Below the pieces are notes generated by a model. It made no database searches, had not been told where the DNA came from, and saw only the letters and a list, made by a program, of their open reading frames with translations. A DNA stretch of 64,000 nt from an uncultured Alphaproteobacteria bacterium. GTDB taxonomy: Bacteria > Pseudomonadota > Alphaproteobacteria > RF32 > CAG-239. This document shows positions 26,865-35,884 of the stretch, one piece after another. The position numbers were made by a program, and so were the translations under genes. Each line of letters starts with the position of its first letter. The first letter of the stretch is position 1. The DNA lies in contig CAKQRZ010000009.1 in the NCBI GenBank assembly GCA_934271715.1, positions 9,613 through 73,612 on the forward strand. Direction: 5' to 3'.

Positions 26865-28160
26865 ATGAAGAAGATTTTAGCTAACGGTGTTACTATCGTA
26901 TGTAAGAACGCATGTGAGTTTAAGGAAGTTTCATTGACTTTCAAGTCTGGTCATGCAAACGAGCCAAAAGTTGGTATTGCCGGTGTCTATGAGAAGCTTG
27001 TTACAAGCAATACTCATTGTACTGGCTCAGTTTTCGGCGGTTCTATGACTTCATTTATCGTTTACAATGCAAACGGTATCAGTACTTTGAGCAAGGCAGT
27101 TAAGGCGTTGTTTTCAGGCTGTGTGAAAGTTCCAGTAACTTTGAAGGCGTTGACTGAGGTTATCAAGGATGTTATTCAGCATACTGAAGACTTGGCTCCG
27201 CTCCCAGAACGTCAGGTGAAGCTTGCTTACAAGCATACTGCGTTTGGCAACAGCAAGCTGTGGTCTACAGATGAGTATATTGCAAAGCTTCAGGAGCTTA
27301 CGGTTAAGGATGTTCAGGAGTACATTGCAGACAATCTTGTCGGTAACAATATCGTCGTCAGTTACTGCGGTCCTATTGATTCGGAACATCCTGAAGAGGA
27401 CGTCAATGAAGTAGCAAAGGTTGTAGAAAAGTACTTCGGCAAGCTTCCTGCCGGCACCAAGAAAGCTGATTGCTCTCTTGACTATACTGGCGGCTTCCAG
27501 TTCATTCAGGGCGAAGGTACTAAGCATGTTGCCCGTCTCGGCTGGTATTTGCCTAAGGAATACAATACTGCAGAGACTAACATTCTGATGAGTATGCTCG
27601 CCGGCCGCTTGGAACGTTCTATGGCAGAAGCCAAGATTGATGCCGATACCAATGTCAAGGTTGCCGGTTACTTCGGTCTCCGCACTCTGTGTATTACGCT
27701 GAAGTGTTCCGGTAAGCGTCACTTTGATGCCGCTTTCAACATTGTACTGGCTAACATCAAGCGTTTGCAGGACAGCGAAGCTACAGAACGCCGTATGGAA
27801 ACAACTCGTTCCCGTGCTGCCAATGAGCGCCTCGTCGTTTCTAACGAAGTTTTGCCTGGTTCAGTTGAGGCTGCATGGTCTTTGCTCGGCCGTGACATTG
27901 ATTACGATGCCGACAGCGTGATCAGCGATCTTTATCAGGTAACTGCTCACGATGTTAAGGTTGCTGCCCGCGAGATTTTCTCTCAGAAGCCAACGGTTGT
28001 GCTTTATACCCGCAAGCCTTATCCTACCATGGATAAGATTCAGAAAGCGATTGCGTATGGTGCCAAGCCAAAGGCTCAGGGCAAGAAGTCTGAAGAGACA
28101 GAGTTCTCTGAGACTGAAAAAACTGCCATGGAAAGCATTGATGCTTGTCATTCAAACTAA
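26865..28160 (+). CDS. Hypothetical protein with atypical codon usage
   Basis: 431 aa intact ORF with a TTGACT...TATAGAT promoter upstream. Strong preference for aag/gag/cag/ctt, unlike the aaa/ttg-rich rest of the window. Confidence 0.45.
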   Translation: MKKILANGVTIVCKNACEFKEVSLTFKSGHANEPKVGIAGVYEKLVTSNTHCTGSVFGGSMTSFIVYNANGISTLSKAVKALFSGCVKVPVTLKALTEVIKDVIQHTEDLAPLPERQVKLAYKHTAFGNSKLWSTDEYIAKLQELTVKDVQEYIADNLVGNNIVVSYCGPIDSEHPEEDVNEVAKVVEKYFGKLPAGTKKADCSLDYTGGFQFIQGEGTKHVARLGWYLPKEYNTAETNILMSMLAGRLERSMAEAKIDADTNVKVAGYFGLRTLCITLKCSGKRHFDAAFNIVLANIKRLQDSEATERRMETTRSRAANERLVVSNEVLPGSVEAAWSLLGRDIDYDADSVISDLYQVTAHDVKVAAREIFSQKPTVVLYTRKPYPTMDKIQKAIAYGAKPKAQGKKSEETEFSETEKTAMESIDACHSN

Positions 28161-28308
28161 GCATCCGGCGCGTTAACCAGACCTAAATCTGAAATCTTAA
28201 TAATCTTCTAAAACTAAGGAGTACGTTTTTATAACGTACTCCTTTCTTTTTGCCTTGCATAATTGCCGGCAATAAACTATATACCATAGCAAAAGGGAGA
28301 ATTATAAA

Positions 28309-29157
28309 ATGCTGGAAATATTGGCAGAAACACTGATTGATAACATAAAAATTTTTCCGTTTCTGTTTGTTACCTATTTGTTTTTGGAATATCTTGAACG
28401 CAAAACTTCAGATAAAACCACAGCTGCTATTCAAAAAGCCACCAAGGCCGGTCCTTTAGCCGGTGCGGTTTTGGGCGTTTTGCCGCAATGCGGATTCTCG
28501 GTTGTTGCCGCCAATTTATTTGCCGCCCGCGTGATTACTTTAGGCACGCTGATGGCAATTTTTCTTTCCACCTCAGACGAGCTATTGCCGATTTTAATTT
28601 CTTATGAAGCTCCATTGTCTTTAATTGCCCTAATTATCGGCTATAAAGCCGCGTGCGGAATTATCTTTGGCTATTTAATTGATTTTACGTTTAAAAAACG
28701 TCATAATTTGCCGGAACCGGATATTGAAACGCTGTGCCAAAACGAGCATTGCCATTGCGAGGAAGACGAGCCGCTTTGGAAACCGGCGCTTTATCATTCT
28801 GTACGCATTACCTTGTTTATTTTAGCGGTCAGCCTAATTTTGAATCTTCTCCTGCAATTTTACGGAAACTCAGCTAATCTGACGCAAATTCTGCAATATC
28901 CGCTGCTGGGAGAAATGTTTAGCGCTTTAATTGGACTGATTCCGAATTGTTCGGCTTCGGTTATTTTGACGCAGATGTATATTATGAATTATATTGATTT
29001 CAGCACCATGATGAGCGGCAGCTTGGTCAGCGGTGGAGTAGGGCTGCTGGTGCTGTTCAGAGTAAACCGCCCCTTAAAGCAAAACCTTAAAATTCTCGCT
29101 TTGCTCTATATTTGCGGCTTGCTCGGCGGCTTGTGCAGCAATTTACTGGAATTTTAA
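28309..29157 (+). CDS. Predicted permease (COG0701/DUF318-like)
   Basis: Polytopic membrane protein with two internally repeated Cys-containing loop motifs (LPQCGFSVVAAN / IPNCSASVILTQ). Confidence 0.4.
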   Translation: MLEILAETLIDNIKIFPFLFVTYLFLEYLERKTSDKTTAAIQKATKAGPLAGAVLGVLPQCGFSVVAANLFAARVITLGTLMAIFLSTSDELLPILISYEAPLSLIALIIGYKAACGIIFGYLIDFTFKKRHNLPEPDIETLCQNEHCHCEEDEPLWKPALYHSVRITLFILAVSLILNLLLQFYGNSANLTQILQYPLLGEMFSALIGLIPNCSASVILTQMYIMNYIDFSTMMSGSLVSGGVGLLVLFRVNRPLKQNLKILALLYICGLLGGLCSNLLEF

Positions 29158-29261
29158 TATTGCGTAAATACCAGTTCTCACAGGGTAAAATCTCAAAAAA
29201 AATCATATACTTTTAATTTTCTATGTGATAAATTTAGTGATAGCATAATAGAGAGGATAAA

Positions 29262-29678
29262 ATGAATAAATCAAATTTAGACTTGGTAAATTTAAAAAAC
29301 TGTATTTCAACCTTGAAAAACTGCTCTAAAGATTTCAAAGCTGCTGACACGGAAATAATGAAAGAATATATCGCCGACGCCTGTATAAAACGTTATGAAT
29401 ATACAGTTGAAACAGCTTGGAAAACAATGAAAAAATTTCTGAAATTGGAATACGGTAAAAAAGACGAAGAACTGACTATGAACAATATTTTCCGTTTTAT
29501 GGAGGGGTATGGATTTATTCATTCTTGGGAAAAGTGGCGTGAATATTACGACCGAAGAAATGACACCAGCCACGAATATAGCCAAGTTAAAGCTCTGGTA
29601 ATTTTAGGCATGGTTGATAATTTAGTTGAAGACTGTGAATTTTTGTATAAAAAACTGCAAGATAAAATGGAAAAATAA
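29262..29678 (+). CDS. HEPN-domain nucleotidyltransferase substrate-binding protein (HI0074/HepT-like toxin)
   Basis: YDRRNDTSHEYSQ contains the R-x4-H HEPN motif; the stop abuts the next start. Confidence 0.65.
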   Translation: MNKSNLDLVNLKNCISTLKNCSKDFKAADTEIMKEYIADACIKRYEYTVETAWKTMKKFLKLEYGKKDEELTMNNIFRFMEGYGFIHSWEKWREYYDRRNDTSHEYSQVKALVILGMVDNLVEDCEFLYKKLQDKMEK

Positions 29679-29984
29679 ATGGTTTTAGGCGTGACAGACA
29701 AAGAACAGCGGATTATAGAAGATATTTTAGACGCTTATGCGGATAGTTATGCCTTTTATTACTATGGTTCGCGCGTAAAAGGCAATTTTGAAAAGACCTC
29801 TGATTTAGATGTTTTAATCAAAGGTCAAAAAGAAATGCCGCTGTTTATTTTAAGCGAGCTGAAAGAAAAATTTGACGCCAGCTATTTGCCGTACATTGTC
29901 AATTTTTCCGATTATCACAATATCACGCCTGATTTTTATGAGCATATCAAGCAAGATTTGGTTAATTACAAAGCAAATGCTTAA
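29679..29984 (+). CDS. Minimal nucleotidyltransferase (HI0073/MntA-like antitoxin)
   Basis: YYYGSRVKGNFEKTSDLDVLI matches the GS...DxD NTase motif; 101 aa. Confidence 0.65.
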   Translation: MVLGVTDKEQRIIEDILDAYADSYAFYYYGSRVKGNFEKTSDLDVLIKGQKEMPLFILSELKEKFDASYLPYIVNFSDYHNITPDFYEHIKQDLVNYKANA

Positions 29985-30787
29985 AACTCCAGAGTTACGG
30001 TACAGCTTTGCACGCCGCCTTCACAGCCGTTGCATTCATCGTTAATTTCGTCCAGAGTAATGTCGTTAAGGCATTTTTTGTCGCCGCCGCAATAGGCATC
30101 GCCGTAAAATTGCGTATTGTTGGCGCCGGATTTATAAATCCATGCATATTGCACGGCACTATGCAGCGGCTGAGCTAAATCGCTCATCAGGGCGCGGCAT
30201 AGCTTAACCGGAAAATAAGGTGTGAATCCGGTGCCATCATCATTATTTGTAAAACCGCCAATATGAAAATCCATAACCAAATTGCCGCCGCGGGAAAAAA
30301 CACTAACCATGTTGCCGTCAGAATCAATAAGCTGATTTATGGCGTTGTTGCTATGCCAATCGGCAGGAACTAAATTTGCCGCAAGCACATAGTCGCGCAG
30401 CCCGCATTCTTGCCAATTTGCTACCCAATCATTACATTTCAGCTTCTTAAATTCGTTTACATTTCCAATCATTCCCGCCACTAAATAGCTGTATTGTTCT
30501 ATAGTTTTGTTGATTTTAAACTTTTCCATCGCCTTTGAATAACCGGCAATCCCGCCAACCGATAATACTCCAATTATTGCCAGAACGCCTAGCATTTCAA
30601 TCATACTGCGGCCAAGCGGGTTTGTGCCTCTGCCACCAGTCATCCTAGGCCGTGACGCACAGTCTGTACCTAGGATCTTGTGGCACCAAGGGCGTGGCAA
30701 TCCAAAACCCTCGCCCCGTGAGGGAGAGGGTGCAGACTTGTCTGCGGGTGAGGGGTACTTAAAGACATTTTCAAATAATTTATACAT
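29981..30787 (-). CDS. Type IV pilin-like protein with Cys-rich C-terminus (paralogue 4); leader extended in frame by palindromic modules
   Basis: GGAGG RBS then MYKLFENVFKYPSPADKSAPSPSRGEGFGLPRPWCHKILGTDCASRPRMTGGRGTNPLG|RSMIEMLGVLAIIGVLSVGGIAGYSKAMEKFK; C-terminal CNGCEGGVQSCTVTLEF. Modules D and C1 (gcagacaagtctgc palindrome, cctagg hairpin) insert 150 nt in frame relative to paralogue 2. Confidence 0.7.
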   Translation of the reverse strand: MYKLFENVFKYPSPADKSAPSPSRGEGFGLPRPWCHKILGTDCASRPRMTGGRGTNPLGRSMIEMLGVLAIIGVLSVGGIAGYSKAMEKFKINKTIEQYSYLVAGMIGNVNEFKKLKCNDWVANWQECGLRDYVLAANLVPADWHSNNAINQLIDSDGNMVSVFSRGGNLVMDFHIGGFTNNDDGTGFTPYFPVKLCRALMSDLAQPLHSAVQYAWIYKSGANNTQFYGDAYCGGDKKCLNDITLDEINDECNGCEGGVQSCTVTLEF

Positions 30788-31030
30788 ATTTCTAACCTCC
30801 GTTTAATTTGTTGTATGCAAAACAAAACCCACCAAAATGGCGGGCGGATGTTGAGAAACCGTATATAACCAAACGGCTCGGCTTATTCAGCTCATAGCCA
30901 TATTCAGCCGACATCCGCTCAAGCGAAAATCGGCATAACAAATTTAAGTCGTTTATGCATAACGACTGGTTATATAAAGGGTTCTCACGCCCTAGACAGA
31001 CTATAGCCTATCCAACAATCATTTTAGCTA
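30788..31030 (-). promoter_or_regulatory. Class B pilin leader with terminator hairpin
   Basis: Minus-sense ...catccgcccgccattttggtgggttttgttttgca just before the RBS; 7-bp hairpin agtcgtt-atgcat-aacgact near the 5' end. Confidence 0.55.
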
Positions 31031-31176
31031 AAGATAATCTGAAAGTAAAGACATTTTTATTTCACAAAATCAAAAAATAAATACACTTTTTAAGATTTTT
31101 CTAAAAAAGTATTTAATTTATTGCAAAGACGAATTGTCTACCTCCAAGTTAATATATTGAAGAGGAATATAACATA

Positions 31177-32208
31177 TTATGAATTGGTATTATTTTCTTT
31201 CTGCAGCAATTTTTTTACCTCTTTATCAAAATCAGATTCTATATGCTGCGTTTTATTAAATATGTCATATTCCTTTTCGGCTTTGTCTTTGGCCTGTTTC
31301 TGCGAAATTTTTCCTTTATTTCCATCCGGCAGAATATCATACCGGCGAAATGCCAAAAACTCATTTACACTTTTGGCGAATTCCTGCATTGTAAAAGTGT
31401 TTTCACGTTCAATTAAATCTTCAATATAATCAAAATAGCCGGAAACAGTCCGTTCTAAACGTTTTATTTCTTTTTCTGACAGATAATTTTTAGCAACGGA
31501 TACGTCAGACTTTAATATTCTTCCGTCTGGAGAATTTTTCCAAGCCGTCAACCCCATATTATCTTTGGTGTGGTCGGCCTTGGTATAAATAATTTCTGCG
31601 GCGGTTTGACCGGTAATTGCGTAATGAAACTTATTTTGCACAGTAGCATAAAAATCTTGAGTTACCGGAGAGTACTTATCATAATCAATAGAGCATTCTG
31701 CAAAAATGTCTGTAATTTGCTGATAGATACGGCGTTCCGAGGCTCTGATTGAGCGAACCCGCTCCAGCAATTCGCGGAAATAATCTTGACCGAAAGCGGT
31801 TTTGCCTTGTTTCAATCTTTCATCATCCAATACAAAACCTTTTTGGATATATTCTTTTAAGATTTTTGTCGCCCAAATTCTGAAATGTGTAGCTTGGATG
31901 GAATTTACCCGATATCCGACAGAAATAATGGCATCAAGGTTGTAAAAATTAGTTTCTGAAGTTTGTGTTTTATTTGCAATAGCGCCGTGCTGAGTGGTTG
32001 TTTCCATTTTGGAAATAACCACTTGTTCATCTAATTCTTTTTCCTCAAATATATTTTTCAAATGCTTGCTGATAGCCGGTGTTTGCACACCAAACAATTC
32101 GGCCATTGCTTTTTGTGTCAGCCAAATTGTTTCATCTTTTATGACTGCATTTACTTTTATATCTTTATCAGGTGCGGAATAAACTAAAAAATTAAACTCT
32201 TTATTCAT
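31177..32208 (-). CDS. Virulence protein RhuM family (DNA-binding)
   Basis: FYNLDAIISVGYRVNSIQATHFRIWATKILKEY is the RhuM-family signature. Confidence 0.7.
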   Translation of the reverse strand: MNKEFNFLVYSAPDKDIKVNAVIKDETIWLTQKAMAELFGVQTPAISKHLKNIFEEKELDEQVVISKMETTTQHGAIANKTQTSETNFYNLDAIISVGYRVNSIQATHFRIWATKILKEYIQKGFVLDDERLKQGKTAFGQDYFRELLERVRSIRASERRIYQQITDIFAECSIDYDKYSPVTQDFYATVQNKFHYAITGQTAAEIIYTKADHTKDNMGLTAWKNSPDGRILKSDVSVAKNYLSEKEIKRLERTVSGYFDYIEDLIERENTFTMQEFAKSVNEFLAFRRYDILPDGNKGKISQKQAKDKAEKEYDIFNKTQHIESDFDKEVKKLLQKENNTNS

Positions 32209-32492
32209 TTGCTAACATCTCTATCTGCATTGTCTTATTTGCAAATAATTATAGAATTCAAATATTAAAATTAAGTTAGAAATATTTTTAAGTTATATTA
32301 TTTAAAAAATACATCTTTGTTGTCGCTGTGCTTTCGTTTGGCTTTCACTTGCGGTCGGACCCACGACATCAACCTTGGCAACCCAAAAAAAATCATCCTA
32401 AAGGTGGTGGCTATGGGCATTTTATCACGTTAATTTTACGGATATTGGCATATTTTCGCACATCGTAGACATTATCAACTTTGGTATAGGTT

Positions 32493-33326
32493 TTGGGGAT
32501 AGATTACGGAGTAAGCGATTTGAGTATAGAGAGGTGGTTTCAGCAAGGATATCGCCGCAAGAACAAGGAATACGGCGGAGCAAAATGTCCAATGGTGTTA
32601 GGGATAGATGAACATTATTTCAGCAAGAAAGGCGGCTATGCAACCACATTAGTAAATTTGAGCAAGCATAAGGTATTTGATGTTGTTTTAGGTCGTTCAG
32701 AACAAGATTTGGTAGGATATTTGAACCGTCTCAAAGGCAAGGATAAAGTACGAGTAGTTGTAATGGATTTAAGCTCTAATTACCGGAGTATTGTCAAAAA
32801 ATACTTTCCTAATGCAATGATAGTAAGTGACCGTTTCCACGTCATAAAATTGATATTAGAGAGTTTTATAAAAACGGCCTACAGTATAGATACAAACTTA
32901 AAGAAACAGTTTGGATTAGGACGATTATTGAGAAAAAATAAAGCCACTTTGAAAAACTGGCAAAAGTTAAAGATAGAAGCTTATCTTGAAACTCAATCTC
33001 AAATTAAGATACTGTATGAAATAACGCAGGATTTAATGAGCTTAATGAATGAAAAGATGTGCAAATATAAGGATTGTAAACAAAGATTGATACCGAAATT
33101 GCTTAAATACATAGAATTATTAAAGGATTGCGGCTTTGTATTATTTAGAAAATTAGGAAGAACGATAGAGAATTGGCAAGAAGAAATTGGAAGAATGTTC
33201 AGATTTACCAGAAGTAATGGGATAACAGAGGGATTTCATAGAAAGATGAAACTAATCCAACGACGAGCGTATGGTTTTAGAAATTTTGAAAATTATCGAT
33301 TGCGAATTATAGTTTTATGTGCTTAA
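32493..33326 (+). mobile_element. ISL3-family transposase, N-terminally truncated fragment
   Basis: ...VLGIDEHYF...SDRFHVIK...SNGITEGFHRKMKLIQRRAYGFRNFENYRLRIIVLC is the ISL3 catalytic C-terminus. The N-terminal Zn-finger/HTH is absent and no terminal inverted repeats were found. Confidence 0.65.
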
Positions 33327-33482
33327 CTTATTTATGATGAAAAACAAACGAATTGATGGAATGATTTTTTTTATAACTTTTTTACTCTGCCCCCAACTTT
33401 GACGATGAACCACGATGAACCGAGTTCAAATCTCCGGCTATCCTATAACAAAAAAGCCCTCAAAAGAGGACTTTTTTTGTTA

Positions 33483-33559
33483 TGGTAGCGAGGGGGAGAT
33501 TCGAACTCTCGACACATGGATTATGATTCCACCGCTCTAACCAACTGAGCTACCCCGCC
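33483..33559 (-). tRNA. tRNA-Met (anticodon CAT)
   Basis: Reverse complement is ggcggggtagctcagttggttagagcggtggaatCATaatcca...gagttcgaatctcccctcgctacca: cloverleaf with CAT anticodon, T-loop GTTCGAATC and encoded CCA. Confidence 0.8.
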
Positions 33560-33603
33560 ATGAACAAAACCTTATTAACTTATATTTTGTTCAATGTCAA
33601 CAG

Positions 33604-34578
33604 TTATTTTTGCCTATTTTTAATTTTTTTTATAAGCGACACTCTTTCGGCTAATTTAAATTCATATGCAACCAATGTTATGCCGGAAATAATCAGCGGC
33701 AGCAAATAATAAATTATGCGGTATAAAATTAAAATAGCAAATAAAGTTGCCTGATTTTGGTCGTCCGGCAGCAGTTTGGCAAATACAATTTCAAACACGC
33801 CCAATCCGCCGGGAACTTGGCTGTATACGCCCAAAATCTGCGCAATAATAAAGGCTCCGATAAAAGTGATAAACGGAATGTCTATATAATGCTCCAAAAT
33901 AGAATAAAGCACCAGCGAGGCCATTAAAATGTCTAAGCTGCCGATAACCATTTGCGCAACCGCCATCTTAAAGCCAGGAGTGTCAAACTCAATTTCTTTT
34001 ATGATAATCGGCTTTTTGTAGTAGGTGCTGCCCCACAGATAAAAGGCCAATCCTCCGGCAGAAACTAAAATCAGCGTCCAGTTAATCCACGGCGATGATA
34101 TGGCCGACAGCACATGATGCGGCGAGCATATAAAGCCCAGCAGCACCAAAAAGAAACAGGCTACTAAGTAGGTAAAGCCGGAAAAAGTTACCATTTTTAC
34201 AATGTCTGAGGCATTTACGCGCCACCGTGTGTATAAACGGTAGCGGATTGCCCCGCCGGAAATAATGGCATGACCGGCGTTGTTGCTGACGGCAAAGCCT
34301 AAAAATCCGGCAAAAATCCATTTCCAAGCCGCTAATTTGCGGTGAATATATTTCAATGCCAAAAAGTCATAAGAAGAAAGAGCTACATAGCCGCAGAAAG
34401 AGGCGATGCAGGCATATATAATATTTTTTGCCGGTACATCTACAATCGCGTTTTTAATTTCTTCCATAGAATATTTAGACAGCTGCTTATAAATCATAAA
34501 AGCGGCAAGGGCAAAGAAAAATAAGCCCGACCAAGATAAAATTTTTTTGAAAATTCTCTTTTTGCTTCTGCTCTGCAT
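33604..34578 (-). CDS. UPF0104 / lysylphosphatidylglycerol-synthase-TM-like (flippase-like) membrane protein
   Basis: Eight TM helices and the conserved VPGGLGVFE segment. Confidence 0.5.
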   Translation of the reverse strand: MQSRSKKRIFKKILSWSGLFFFALAAFMIYKQLSKYSMEEIKNAIVDVPAKNIIYACIASFCGYVALSSYDFLALKYIHRKLAAWKWIFAGFLGFAVSNNAGHAIISGGAIRYRLYTRWRVNASDIVKMVTFSGFTYLVACFFLVLLGFICSPHHVLSAISSPWINWTLILVSAGGLAFYLWGSTYYKKPIIIKEIEFDTPGFKMAVAQMVIGSLDILMASLVLYSILEHYIDIPFITFIGAFIIAQILGVYSQVPGGLGVFEIVFAKLLPDDQNQATLFAILILYRIIYYLLPLIISGITLVAYEFKLAERVSLIKKIKNRQK

Positions 34579-34579
34579 T

Positions 34580-35773
34580 TTATTTGCTTTCTTTAGGAGT
34601 TAAAACGTTCATATCAATATAGCTGCGGACATCAAACCCGAAAGTCTGGCGTACATACGTTGTTAGTTCTGACGGATTCGGCTTAAAGTTTTGGGCGTCG
34701 TTTTGTGCTTGCAGCAGTTGGTCAAGCTGCAGCGAAGCGCCGATTTTATCACGGTATTCAGCAGCCTTAGGCTCATCCAGCACCGCGGCAATGTTATACA
34801 GCGAATGCGCCATTAAAGGGTTAGGCGGAGTAATTTTGCCCTCTGTATAAATGCGGGCAAGTTTCATATAAGCTTCGGAATTTCCCTGATTTACGGCAGC
34901 ACGGCAGGCGGCAATGCCTTTATTGAAGTTCTGTACGGTGCCTTGGCCTTTAATATACATATCCGCTAAAACCAGCTGAGCTTCGTCCAGATTGCTGTCT
35001 TTGCCGGCGGCGCTGCGTATCAGCTTAAAGGCTTCATCATAGTTTTGTTCCCAAACAAAGCCGATGTAATAGGCATATCCGGTCATAAATTTTGCTACGT
35101 TGTTGCCAGATTCGGCGGCTTTTTTGAATAAGTTCATGGCAATTTTGTTGCGGGCAGGGTCTTTAACGCCGCCTTTAAGATAAATAAAAGCCAAGTTGGT
35201 AGCAGCGTTGTCGTTGCCGAGTTCTGCGGCTTTGCTGAACATTTCTATGGCTTTTTTGGCATTGGCTTCGGTGCCGATTCCGTTAAAATACAGGCTTCCT
35301 AAGTTATTTAGGGCAATCGGGTCGTTTTGCCCGGCCGCCATCTGATAATAATCAAAGGCTTTTGCAAAATCCTGTTTAACGCCGTTGGTGCCGTACAAAT
35401 ACATATAAGCCAAATTCATCTGGTCTTCTAATTTGCCTTCATTGGCTTGTCGGATGCTTTTTTCTAAGAATGTTTCTTCTTTACCGTCCGGCGCGGCAAC
35501 TTTATCATCGGCCGAAAACAAAAGGGAAATCGGTTTTTTTATAAAGCTCAGCATGCCTGAATTTTCATCTGCGGCGCCGGCATCCTGCGCAGATTCGCTT
35601 TTTTCATCAAGAGCTTGGGGTTTTTGCGGGGCGTTAGGCTCATTTTTACTTGGTGTGTTTAGAGAATCATCATCAAACAAGTCTACAGCCTGAGCATACG
35701 AATTTGCTGCCAAAAAAGACGACATCAAGCAGCAAAAAATTATTTTTTTCATAGGCATAATTATCCTTTTCAA
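34580..35773 (-). CDS. Sel1-like tetratricopeptide repeat protein (secreted)
   Basis: Signal peptide, then multiple Sel1 units (A...G.LY..G.GV..N...A..W..KAAE.GN). Confidence 0.65.
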   Translation of the reverse strand: MKRIIMPMKKIIFCCLMSSFLAANSYAQAVDLFDDDSLNTPSKNEPNAPQKPQALDEKSESAQDAGAADENSGMLSFIKKPISLLFSADDKVAAPDGKEETFLEKSIRQANEGKLEDQMNLAYMYLYGTNGVKQDFAKAFDYYQMAAGQNDPIALNNLGSLYFNGIGTEANAKKAIEMFSKAAELGNDNAATNLAFIYLKGGVKDPARNKIAMNLFKKAAESGNNVAKFMTGYAYYIGFVWEQNYDEAFKLIRSAAGKDSNLDEAQLVLADMYIKGQGTVQNFNKGIAACRAAVNQGNSEAYMKLARIYTEGKITPPNPLMAHSLYNIAAVLDEPKAAEYRDKIGASLQLDQLLQAQNDAQNFKPNPSELTTYVRQTFGFDVRSYIDMNVLTPKESK

Positions 35774-35884
35774 TTATTTCCGCAAGCATAATAATACGAA
35801 AAATGCAGCCTTTCAAGGTAAAAAATAAAATCTCTTGTATTATTTGCCGTTTTGGTTTAGATAAAGCAAAGAAAGGTAAGAAAA

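Noticed and set aside
33327-33480. A second complete tRNA gene near the ISL3 fragment
   Set aside because: Only a T-arm-like string (gagttcaaatctccgg) without anticodon arm or CCA. Kept as a possible att remnant inside the island finding.
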